From Epithemia pelagica (taxonomy: Eukaryota > Protista > Bacillariophyta): 64,000 nucleotides of DNA. The stretch lies in assembly GCA_946965045.2 (NCBI GenBank), contig OX337235.1:868001-932000 (forward strand), read 5' to 3'. The notes beneath the pieces were generated by a model, which saw nothing but the letters and a program-made list of their open reading frames with translations, was not told the DNA's origin and ran no database searches. Position numbers and translations under genes: made by a program. Shown here piece after piece: positions 1-11,848 of this stretch (positions within the stretch are counted from its first letter, which is position 1; every line of letters starts with the position of its first letter).

Positions 1-385
1 GCAAAATCCCACTATCGTAACAACATTCTTACCGATAACAAGAATTATACTACGTTCAAAGCAGAGACAAGAAAAGTAACCATGTAAGCGGTAACATCAG
101 CTTCTGTGGGTCTTGGATGTTCGTGATCGAGCTATCAGCCGGAATAAGACAGTTGATCATAGAACGGTCAATTTGTGATCGGTGACGTTAGAAAGCGCGA
201 CCACCGCTACACAACTTTGAGCAAGATCGAACACAAAAGGCCAGTCCGGCCGGCGCATTTGGCCCAAGCCGAAGGATCAAAATCAAACCTCTTGCCAGTC
301 TCACAAAACCAAAAATCATCAAAACATCTTCCCCACAACAGCAAAACCAAAAGCATCAGCAACCAGCAAACCAACATTTACGAAA

Positions 386-1147
386 ATGTCTCCCTCATCG
401 GTAACTCTTGAAAATCAAGTCGCCTTTGTCACAGGTACAAACAAGAAGAATGGAATTGGACGCGCCATTGTTCATGCGCTTCTGAAAGAGGGTGTCAAAA
501 AGATCTATGCCACAGCACGAGATACTAAAGAGCTTGAAGACCTCGCTGCGGAACAGAGTGGGAAGGTTGCCCCCGTTGCATTGGATGTTACTGACTTGCA
601 CGCAATAAAGAAACTTTCGGAACAATATCCCGATGTGACCTTGGTCATTAACAATGCTGGTTACTTGTCGGGTGGGAGTGGTAGCTCTTTGGAGACTGAG
701 ATTGCCAAAGTTCAGCAAGAGATGAAAGTCAATTACCTTGCGCCCTTGGCCATTGTGAGTAGCTTTGCTCCCCTTCTCAAGGCTTCGACCGAAAGTGCTG
801 TCGTGAACATCAACTCGATTGCTTCATTGGTCAACTTTCCAGTCGCGGGAACCTACTCGGCATTCAAAGCCGCTGCTCACTCTTTGACTCAAGCCCAGCG
901 TCGTGACTTGCCCAACAGTTTGGTGGTCGGCGTTTATCCAGGTCCGATTGATACAGCCATGGCGGAAGAACTTCCCTTTGACAAGACGCCACCGAGTGCT
1001 GTGGCCGAGGCTGTGATTACAGCCTTGAAGAAGGGTGAAGAGGATGTCTTTCCCGATGGCATGGCCAATCATTTGTTTGACAACTGGAAGACGGATGCCA
1101 AGTCGGTCGAACGCGAAATGGCCAAATCTGTGGAAGTTGCGCAGTGA
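386..1147 (+). CDS. Short-chain dehydrogenase/reductase (SDR), 253 aa, single exon
   Basis: Rossmann motif VAFVTGTNKKNGIG, NNAG, catalytic YSAFK (YxxxK), downstream PGPIDT. Confidence 0.93.
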   Translation: MSPSSVTLENQVAFVTGTNKKNGIGRAIVHALLKEGVKKIYATARDTKELEDLAAEQSGKVAPVALDVTDLHAIKKLSEQYPDVTLVINNAGYLSGGSGSSLETEIAKVQQEMKVNYLAPLAIVSSFAPLLKASTESAVVNINSIASLVNFPVAGTYSAFKAAAHSLTQAQRRDLPNSLVVGVYPGPIDTAMAEELPFDKTPPSAVAEAVITALKKGEEDVFPDGMANHLFDNWKTDAKSVEREMAKSVEVAQ

Positions 1148-1580
1148 GCTTCCTATCGTTTGTTTTATACTCATAAAATTTAGAATCGCCAACTAGAAAC
1201 TACACAAATGACTCATCGTCTAGGTTGTTCCTATTGCGTGTAGTAAACGTCAGACACGAGGATGCGAATATGCTTATGACAACCTGTGTACGTTTCTTTG
1301 TCTAACAACCAAGACGACTTCTTCACTTGAAGAGACCGTCCTTGTGTAGGAGTATAGTTGGTGACCAACGAAGCGTGTGCCTTTGACATGGATTTTCATG
1401 TCCAAACTTGTCTTCTCATTGAACGCAATATGACATGATAGGTATGTTGACTGAAGATTGTGTCTTTTAGCATAGCGCTTGCTCTACCGATTCCCAGTTT
1501 CAGCCGCGTTCCGACTCAACTTGCTTCAAACTGCTTTCAGTATAGTGTTTCCGTGTCCACTGTTGACGCACAGAGGTGAC

Positions 1581-4500
1581 TCAAACATATTGGATTTGAT
1601 ACATGCGAATGTGCTTGCGCATGGCCCATCCAAAGCGTAACGCACTAAACGCATAGAGCATCAAAATGGCTGCCAAAGACGCACTGCTCTTGGCTTGTGT
1701 TTGAATCACTTTGGTGACATCGGATACGGTCCACTCCGGACAGCGATTCGGATCTCCTTGCGGCAAATCGCAATTTGTACAACTTGCCGCTTGATCGAGA
1801 AAGCAAGCCAAGTCACCTCGTTGAGAATCCGTCAAGGGAATGTCGACAAAGGACGAGGAAAAGGCAACACTGGCCGCAAACAGGGCAATCAACGAGGCCA
1901 CAATCAACGTCATGAGAATGATAAAGCAGACGATACAAATTAGTTTGTTGCGTTTGTGTCGCGTATTGGTAATGGAACTAACAGAAATGTACCATCCCAA
2001 CAAGGCCGCCATCAAAAACAAACCCGCCGTGGCCATGTATAGAGGTCCAATCCAGTTCCCATCCGTGTCCGATCGAGCACTCAAACCGGAGGTTTCGGCA
2101 TAGGTGTAAACCAATCCGAAAATGATACAGGAGACGATGGGCAAACTCAACCAGGCTGGAACGTTGGACTGACGAGATTTTCGTACCAGTGGTTTCGAGA
2201 TGATTCCCTCCAACGTGTTAACCACCAGAAACAGCTACAAATGACAAAGAAACATATACCGAAAGGACGTTGAGTGGGCAATCCTCAACTGGTAGCTCTA
2301 GACTCAAGCCAGTAATGACGCTCATCGTCTTTCACCATCACACTTTCGATACGTACCAGACAAATGAGAACTAGACCCCAAGACGCGTTGGTGTAATAAA
2401 ATACGAGCAAAAATGATTCCGTGTCCTGTTTTCCAGACATTAATTTGCCCAAACATGGTTAGAGTGCACGAGTCGAGTCAAGCTGGTGGTGAAGCAAGAT
2501 GTTTGTGTGTACTTGTTGCGCCTTGTTTCGAATTGCCGAGCAGCTACACGAACCATTCGTCATACAAGGCACCCGGGGGTACAGGCGGATGGTAAGAACA
2601 TACACAAGATGAGACAAGACCGAAAAATGGATGGATAATTTGTGCAAGATACGTACCTTGTCGCATTGTAGTAGGTCAAGCACCATTCGGTTTCATTGAC
2701 GCCCAATGGAACGGTGCAAAGTGTATTGGCTGTAAAGGCCGGTTTGCAATACTTTTCGCGGAACCAACTACATCATCATCCAGTGGAAGGTATACAAGCA
2801 GGGCAAGCAAGGCACAACAAGAGACAAATAAGACGAAATGACAGTTTGGCATGTTTCATACGTCCCACCACCAAATGGCGACACCTACCCCATGGTCTCG
2901 TCCCGCCAATAATGTCGTACCCAGACGTCCGTGACCTGACAATCCATGAACCAAAGTTTAAATATAATATGTGAGTCAACCACGTTCTTGTGTTGGATGC
3001 CACAAGCTCAATAGGATACGTACCCGAAAGTAATCGTACAAGCCAATATTGAAAAATATTTGAAAGGGAAGGATCCATCTGCCGCCAGAAACAAAAACAC
3101 AAAAAACCGACTGTGAGAAGATCACTGCACCAACCATTGACACTCGGTATGCACATGTCGGTTCGACAGTGACGACGACTCGTGTGGCCCACGGTTACAC
3201 GTCTACTCTATTGGATACGTACAAGAGGACCCAGAGGTACCGAATGGCCCCGACCAAATTGACATTGCGTACTACCCGGACAGTCATGAGGGCTGCCATG
3301 ACCAAAATAAAGGCTTCGACACCCAAGAGTGTCACGTGAATGCCAATGTTCCAAATATTGACATTTTTGCTCCCCCCTCCCAACCACCCTCGTCGTTGTT
3401 CTTCCTGTTCTTCACTGAATACGACCAGTGTGTCATTGGTATCGTCTAAGAAGTCGTCCGTGTCGTCCGTTTCGGTTGTCGTGGTGGTCGTCATTGGCAT
3501 GATGGCCACCGTCTCGTCGTCCACGACCAGTGTCGTGTTGGAGCTACCGGTTTGGACGACGCGTGTATTGGGTGTCAAGGTGACAATGGTAAAAAAGAGC
3601 GCCGCGGCAATTTGCATCAAGGCAAAGACTCCCACCAAGACATTGAGACGAGCCAAAATGGCTCGATCCGTTGGTCGTCGTCGTCGCATCGCCCATTGGT
3701 TGCTCCGTTCACTGGCTCGAAGACCGCGTGTATTGGTATTATTGGCATTGGCGTTATTGTGATGCCCCCCTCCCTTGGTTTGAGAGCTACTGCTTTGGGC
3801 GGTGCAAAAGCAGAGGACATCCCCCAGACTGGTCAAGCCATACCAGACCCAAAAACAAGGAGCATAAATCACAACAAAGGTACTGATTTGATGCATGGTG
3901 AGACGACATTTCTTGCGTTTGGTACCCTTGTGATAATAGGAGGACGACTCATTATCATCATCGTCGTCGTCGTCGGGTCCAGGACCGTCCTCCTCTTCCT
4001 CATCATCATCGTGTTCGTCCCAACTCTCATTGGCCACGGAATCGTCCAGTCCTGTAGCATGAGGTGTCACACCTGGTGCTAGAATACGACTGGGGGGAGC
4101 ACCCAATTGGTCCAGGTCCTCGTCGTCATCATCATCATAATTCGCCATGGCCGAGTCGGGGGTGGGCAATCCACCAAAGTCCAAGGAAGAATCCTCGTCG
4201 TCGTTGGTGTCTTGCGTATTGTCCTCCTTGTCATCCGGCAAGCTATTGTACGATTCAATATTGAAAATCATGGGGTCATCGTCTGGATCGTCGTCCATGA
4301 TTCGAGGAGTAGGAGTTGTGGTGGTTGGTTCCTCGGAACCCGACTGCAACCATCGCGCCATGGTCATGGCCGTGACAGCGGTGGGTGCCACGGCTGATAC
4401 TACTACAGTGTCTTGTTCATCCTTTTTTTCATCTCTGGTCAATTGGTCGTCGTCATGGTGCGATTCGTCTTTGACAGGACCAGGAAGATGCTCCTCGACA

Positions 4501-5621
4501 GGTTGTTCTTGTTGTTCGTCATTTTGCGAATGGTGTGGATTGGGCCGTGTCGTTTCCGACCCGTCCGGATTCTGTTGTGATTCTGTTTCGGGTTTGGGTT
4601 GCGGTCGAGGAGACAAGAGTGCCGAAGTCGTCATTGTTGTAGGATCCATGGTACTGGCTCGTGGTCGAGGTGGATCGGGCAATAGGCACGACGATGCTGA
4701 TGTCGTTGTCAAATTGGGCAGTTGCAAGACATTGTGAAAACTCGAGGAACGAGGAGACGCCACCGTTTCCAAACTAGGTCGCAATCGTACAGGTGTGTGG
4801 GTAGTGGAACCAGGAGTGGTGATGGTTGCCTTGTTGTTGTTGTGAGAAGAAGGAGGAGGAGTTGGATTCGATACCACCAGCAAGGAATGGCTGGCACTTC
4901 GACCATGACGAAAGGGACGACGAGAAACAGGTGTTGTTGTATTAGTTGTGATTAGTGGATTGGCACTTGTTGTGGTCGGAGTATTGGTGGTGGTGGCTGG
5001 TAGGATTGATGGCCCAGCATCCTCCCATGCTGGGTGTGTGGGAGGTAATTCGGGTAAGGAGGCTCGTCGGTGTGAGGAAAGGGCCTTATTCGTGGCATTG
5101 AATTGAGGTTTCACCGCAGACGACGACGAGATATTGTCCCCTGCAGAGGCGAGGGGTGGATGAGGACTTTGACTCCGACTGGGTGTTCCAGGTGCCGACC
5201 AAATGCGATCGCGCATTCCAATGCGATTGTTGGTGGTGGTTCGAGGACCTTGATTTTGGCTGTGACTGCTACTCGACAGTGCATCTCCACTGGAAGAAGC
5301 CACCGTGGCGGCTCGATTTCGTTGGGGTGGTGGACCATTGGACGAGAGGAACAATCGTTGTTGTTGCTTGGTCGATGAAGGAGGAGGAAGGACCAACGGA
5401 TTGGAAGGTGTTGGTCGAGGAGACGCCATGAGAGGATGAGGATACGATTTGGTCGTCAAGGACAATCGACGACTTGTCGTCGTTGTCTTGGAAGACGGTG
5501 GTTCTGGAGCATGATCCAAATTTCGAATCGAATAGGAATTGTCATCATCATCGTCGTCGTCGTCATTGCGATGATTGTTTGTCATTGTTGTTCTTCTTCT
5601 TTGCTTCTGTGTTGGTCGCAA
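1581..5621 (-). CDS. Multi-pass membrane protein, copy A: long disordered N-terminus plus about 8 TM helices with two Cys-rich loops; 7 exons
   Basis: Model complement(join(1581..2234,2357..2425,2513..2543,2657..2767,2889..2935,3024..3078,3223..5621)). All introns GT..AG, phases consistent. Exons align with the paralog at 14385-17623. Alternative ATG at 5585. Confidence 0.85.
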
Positions 5622-6125
5622 AACGTCGCATCCACACTGTCGTCGTCGCTGCTCGTCCCACGGGTAGGTTCATCCAACACGAGACCTTTGGCGTATCTCT
5701 TGGTTCCTTTGGTTCCAGACGACAACAACCCTCACACAATCAACGACAACAAAAACCAAAGAGAAGGCAATCACCAAAGGTACAAATACACATTCAACGA
5801 CAAGACTCTGCCAACTCGTGCCGTCTTCCTTTTCAGCATTGCCACACCCACAAAGAATCTTGTCACGCCTCTCACCCCCAAGTCGATGCAAGATTCGCCC
5901 TGCGCGCCGATTATACCCCCAAATCCCACAGAGGAATGGGGGGGCGACGCCTCCCCCACCTCATCATATTGGACCGTCCACGCTATCATGGCTATGCATC
6001 TGTTCTGCACAACAACAAACTACTTCTACTTCTAGGAGAGTAAAGCTCAAGAAGGGGTTGCTTATATGAATCACACCTTTTTCACCTTTCTCTCTAGATG
6101 TGGTCTTTGAAAGCTTTGTGAGAAA

Positions 6126-7709
6126 TCAAGACTTTATTTCCCAGTCACCAGCAAGCCATTCAGGCCCGCTTAACGGACGTAGTTCTTCTAAAGAGGCACC
6201 ATACTTTACAACTTTCGTTCCACCAAAATCCTGACGAATCTTGATGAGGGTGGGTTGATCAGCGCCAAGAAGTGGCTTGCCTTCTACACTAAATTCTAGG
6301 TTCTTGCCGGGTTCAAACGCAAGGACAATGGAGGATCCTCCGTAGGCAAAGTGTCCCATGTACTGACCCTTTTCGAGCTTGTCTCCAACTCTAGCAACTG
6401 GAATAATAGAGCCAACACCCCAGAATCCAATGGCAATCATAGCAACCAAGCCTAGATCTGGTGTCCTGATAATCCATGCATACCGTTTGTGTTTGGCCAG
6501 GTTCTGATACCAACCCACCTTGTCGCTCACATCCGACGGAGGAGGAGCGTACGGATCATCTGGATTGTAGTCGTCAAAGTCGTAGTTGTAAGACCCTTTG
6601 TACTCCGATGCATGAATCACTTCTCCTGCGACAGGGGAATTGAAATGATGGTAGTCTGTAAACCACAAGAGAATGTCCAATAGTGGACCACCCACAAATG
6701 CATCACCATATCCGGGAAGGGCATCGGCAAGGTCAAAGGGATCGTTTGACTTGCCTGGCAAGATGATTGGTTTCTTCTTTGCGCTACCATTGTCTTCACC
6801 AAATGGGACCTTTATCTCCCTTTCAAGGTAAAATGCACCACCATCGCAGGGCGCTACAATTGTGCCGTTGCCAAGTGGTCGGACGCTCTGTTTGATTCGA
6901 CGCAAAAAGAACTGGTTAAACGACTTGAAGCCTCCATCAGGAGCCTCTGCATCGGGAACAACATAGTCGGAAATATTGAATGGGTGTCCGTCTTCGCCTT
7001 GGTACACCATCCATTGCCCAAGGAAGGTTGAGGAGAGATTCGAATCAATCCATTTGCCACGAAGATCCAAAAAGTCGACAAACCACTTTTTGAACGGCTC
7101 GTTTTCATTAGTGAGTTTCAGACCTTCCTTGGTATTGGCCAGGTAATCCCATTCTTCAATATAGTAACCAGGATTTTTGTTTCCGTCTGGTTCGGGGGCG
7201 TAATAAAGCCATTCTTGAAAGAATTGGGAAATGTCCTTTTCGGCATTTCAGAATGGCAGCCAAAATGTGGCTCGATTTTCGCCGTCTTTGACAGGAGTTA
7301 GAATAGGATTGCATACCTCCGTTAAGCATCCGACAAGCGATGCCTCCGTTTGAGTCATATCGTTTTCGTTAATAGGTGTTCGAAGAGCATTCAACTGGGC
7401 AAAGAGAAGCCGTGCTTGTCGAGGATTCCATCGATGAACGGGAGGCACAACTGGCCCCGGAAGTGGAGCGTCGGGATCATCATTGTCAATCTTAGCAGAC
7501 GAGCTGCTCAGAGTACGTTTACTGTGTTTCACGGATCCATGATAAACATTCTCAAGTCCAAATGATACAGGAGAAGAATAAAAATCTGGCTGCGAAATTC
7601 CAAATGGTCCTTTGAGAGCACAGCAGCGGCGAATGGCAAAGGCATTCACTTCCACAACCAAAGATCGGGTGGCGCAAGCAATCAGAAACACAAAGAAAGT
7701 TAGCTTCAT
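6126..7709 (-). CDS. Phosphatidylserine-decarboxylase-family (pyruvoyl) proenzyme with N-terminal signal peptide; 2 exons
   Basis: Model complement(join(6126..7235,7317..7709)). The 81-nt phase-0 intron (GTATGC..CTAAC..AAG) removes the in-frame TGA at 7248-7250. Motifs FKSFNQFFLRRIK, APCDG, DYHHFNSPV and cleavage-site-like GHFAYGGSSIVL. Leader MKLTFFVFLIACATRSLVVEVNA-FA. Confidence 0.85.
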
Positions 7710-7899
7710 TGAAAGATTCTCATACACCTTCTTGGGGCAGACACGAGTTTATATCAGTGTGTGACAGGCAGCAACTCGTGGATCTTTTTTTTGGCGTAAT
7801 GGATCCCACAATCACGATTTCGCGCCGAATCACGATTTTCATGTGAGCGACTCAAAAGCGACATCGGTACATTGATAGGTGGTACCAGCTTATATATCT

Positions 7900-10800
7900 A
7901 AAGACCAATCAACGAACTCTACATCCAATGCAGTTTGGTGGAGTACCAGGCAGAGACGCTGTTATCCCGACTTTATGCGAAGAACTCCAATACGAAATAT
8001 CAAGAGCTAGCAAGCGGCCACTTGTCCATCTGGACTATGATGCCACCGCTTGCTACGACCGGATCGTCTTATCCTTTGGCAGCCTTGCGTCTAGAAGCTT
8101 TGGTCAACACAGATCAATCGTCTTTATCAACGCATAGACACTTGAAGAAGCAAAGTATTACTTAAAGACACAACTCAGAGTGTCCGAACGGCATTATCAA
8201 CACTGCCAGTTGTACCCTATATACGGCTCAGGACAAGGCGCAGGCAACTCACCTGCAATTTGGTGTGTCATATCAACAATTCTTTTTGACACATACGAAG
8301 ATAAAGCACATGGTGCTACATTCAGCAGCCCTGATGGCTCTGTGAAAACTGCCGTGCACATGATCGGTTTTGTGGATGACACTAGCGGTAGTATCAACGA
8401 CTTCTCGCGAGATCACCCCGCATCGCCTGAACACTATATCGCCAAGGCACAGGAAGATGCACAACGATGGAATGACCTGCTTAGTCTGTCTGGTGGGGCG
8501 CTCAATGTTGAGAAATGCTCCTATCACTTTCTCTACTACACGTTCAATGTGGATGGACTCGCATCTTTGCAATCCGGTTCGTTTGGCCCCCAGATCACAA
8601 TCCACTTTCATGATACAGAACATTCAACACCAATAAAACAGCTTTCCTCTTATCGGAGTCACAAAACGCTGGGCGTGCAGAAATCACCACACCGTACAGA
8701 CAAAGGATTGTACATTGCTCTTGCGAAGAAGAATGCTGCTCATACCTCGGTCATGGCTACTAGTCCTTTCTCAAGAACAGATGCGTGGGCCTACTACCAT
8801 GCTATCTATCTCCCTAGCATATGCTACCCGTTACCGTCATCCACTCTCTCCGACGCTCACTGCAATGCTCTACAGATCCAGTTCAAGAAGGCATTTCTAC
8901 CAAAGTATGGCTTCAATCGCCACATGCCAAACGCAGTTGTTTACGGTCCGACTGAATTAGGGGGGATTGGACTACGCACACTCTCAGTGGAGCGCGGCAT
9001 CTCCCAGACTTACTTACTAATGGCATGTCTCCGATCTCCGGGAGTTCCAGCACAACTTGCTCAGATTGCCATCTCTTGGGCCCAGTTTCTCGCCGGAACC
9101 AGTATCTCAATTTTCGAAGACGTTTCGACGCCTCTACCACATTTGGTTCCAATGCAATGGATCCCCCAAGTTCGAAATTTCCTTAAAACAACAGACTGCA
9201 GATTAGAACTGGAAACAAAGTTTCTTCCTACACCTCAACGTGACAATGATCGGTGTCTCATGGACATTGCGGTTGAATCTACCCAATTCACTCCAACCGA
9301 ACTGGTTCTACTCAACGCATGTCGCATATACCTCGGAGTTACACTGCTCAGCGATATTTCAACCCCAGACGGCACGAACCTCTCCTTATTCGCAATCAAC
9401 CATTGCCACGACGATTTTTCAACTCACCGCGGTCTTATCCCATACCAAGATCGACCAGGCTCCCGTGCTTGGAACCAATGGAACAAATTCCTCGACCTCG
9501 TTCGACAGACAGGAGTTACCCGCTTGCTGATTACACCTCTTGGGTCATGGACTGTCCAAGGGCACAAATTACACCGTTGTTGGAAATATCTTGTTGACTG
9601 CCCGAGCTCGAAGCTTTATGTGTATGAACCCACTGGCAACTTTCGTCATTACTGGTACCAACACCCACTGTTTCTACCGACGTCCCAACTCTCTTCATGT
9701 GTGCCACCCACAGCAGTGCCTGTTCATGTTAATCAGTCTGGACCTGCATTTTTCATCCTACCTTGCCGTCCTCAAGTACTCACTCCGGAATCACCTCAAC
9801 CACAGACTTTCACCGACTACGTTGCCACTCTCGCACAATGGGATCAACATCTTGTATCCAAGCTTGTACTCTCCTGCTCGCCAGCACAGATTCAATCTAC
9901 TTTCACTACACCGACTGTTCGCCTCTTCTTGTGCAGTGATGGTTCAGCAGCTATGTTCACCGGCAAATTTGGTTGTGTTTGTAGTACCGATTCAGGAGAA
10001 TGACTTTTTCATCTTCATGGACCCGCTCCCGGCTACCGTACTTCTTCATTCCGATCAGAGAGTTATGGAATGCTTGCTTTGCTCCGTGCAGTAATCCATA
10101 TCACGACATCGTATGGTTTCAGTCTGCCTACTCAGCTGATTTTCTATACGGATTCCAAAAGTTTGATCAATACTGTGGAAAAACGACTAGACTGGTCCTA
10201 TGACTTCCCGTACTCAACTATGGAAGCTGATTGGGATATCCAGCAAGGCATAAGCACATCCCTCCGCCAATTCCCTGAGATCCCCAGATTTCTACATGTC
10301 CGAGGCCACCAAGACCGCTTGCGACCATATGCTACACTACCCCTTGCCGCTCAGCTTAACGTTGACGCCGACCGACTAGCTGACTCATATGAGTATCCTT
10401 CTTCCATCTCATCGACACATGCCCCCCTCATCACCGGTGGCCAAGCTCTACTTCATTCCCCCAAAGGAACTATCAATTCCAATTATCGGTCCAATCTACG
10501 ATATCTAGCAACCTGGAAAACTCTACGGCAGTATCTATGCAACCGAAACGAGTGGTCATTCGAAACCTTCGAGTCGATCGACTGGACATCCCATGGCCGT
10601 GCCATCAAGGCCATTTTCACCCGCCGACAATTCTACATTAAATTTCTCCATGATTGGCTCCCTCTTGGTTATCTCCGTTCCCGTTATGCAACCTATTACA
10701 CGGAAACATGCCCCCTTTGCAACCCACCAGTTATTGAGACTCGTACTCATTTCCTTTGTTGTCCACACCGCCACTGGAAAGGACCCTTACTCGAAGAATT

Positions 10801-11575
10801 ACAGCAGTTTTGGCGCAAACAACACTTGGATCCTACTTTGAATTTACTTCTCACTGAGATGATTCACTCCTGGCTCGCCAATGTGCCACCATCTTTTCCT
10901 ACTGTGTCACTCCCATACCAATCTTTAATCACACAACAGCAATGTATTGGCTTCGCCCATATCTTTTTCGGCCGTTTCACTACCCAATGGCGCACTCTAC
11001 AAGACCTTTACCTGTCTACAACTGACTATCAGTCTCGGTCCGTCTCTGGTACTCACTTCGTCACTGGTACAATCAAACTTATGTGGAACCACATTCATGC
11101 ATTGTGGCTTACTCGAAATCATAACCTTCATGGCGATTCCCCTCAAACAATTGAAGCCGCCTCTTACGCCCAAGCCCAACGCGAAGTCTTGGCTTTATAT
11201 GACCTCTGTACCCGCCTCCCGCCATCCGAACGAGATATTTTCTACTCATCCCCTGAGACACACTTTGCAGCGGAAACCACTGCTGTTTCCCTGCGTTCCT
11301 GGCTCAACACATGGCGCCCTGTTATTCTCAGGGATGCCATTCCACCTTGATCACTGATTTTCACACCTTGTCCCGTTCCCACTACATGTCCTGTCTCTTT
11401 AGTCCTCGCTCTTCATTTTGTGTGGAGCCGGGCGCGTCGGTCGACGTCACCCTAGCGGGTGCGCGCGGCAGCGTTAAAATAGACTGTATCTTTTTTTTTA
11501 TATCCTGGCTACCCACCCGTCGGTCTCTAGCAAGAAAGTTCATCTCATTCGAGAGTCTCCATGAATAAATTAAAT
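7900..11575 (+). mobile_element. 5'-truncated non-LTR retrotransposon (RT, RNase H, C-terminal Cys/His finger) with two nonsense codons
   Basis: One frame 7928-11350 broken only by TAG 8135-8137 and TGA 10001-10003. RT: QFGGVPGR, DYDATACYDR, GSGQGAGNSP, GFVDDT. RNase H: LCSDGS, RSESYG, YTDSKS, HVRGHQD, NVDADRLA. CPLC..ETRTHFLCC and LWLTRNHNLHG. AATAAA at 11564. Ends approximate; no TSD found. Confidence 0.9.
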
Positions 11576-11848
11576 GACTTTCGAGGCCAAACACAAGGTA
11601 GAATGAGTTTCTGCAAAAGCAAGAGTCATGTTGGAGAGGAGTTTCAGAATCTCAAAGCAAAATTATGCATAGTACACATGATATTATCTAAACTTTGTGG
11701 AGTGCCAGGCCCAAACCCCTGGTACTCCATACTGGAATCCCAAAGATTCCACACAGAACAAAACAACAACATAAAAGGATTGAAATTGGATGGTTATGGA
11801 CCGTTTCATGATCCGTCTATTCCATCATTGTCGCCGCCACGCTCCATT

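Noticed and set aside
7248-7250. In-frame TGA joining ORFs 7248..7727 and 6126..7070 (selenocysteine or readthrough?)
   Set aside because: It lies inside a plausible 81-nt GT-AG intron (7236-7316) with a CTAAC branch point; splicing gives a continuous protein.
8135-10003. Stop-codon recoding in the LINE ORF
   Set aside because: Host genes in the window use TAA, TAG and TGA as real stops; point mutation is the simpler explanation.
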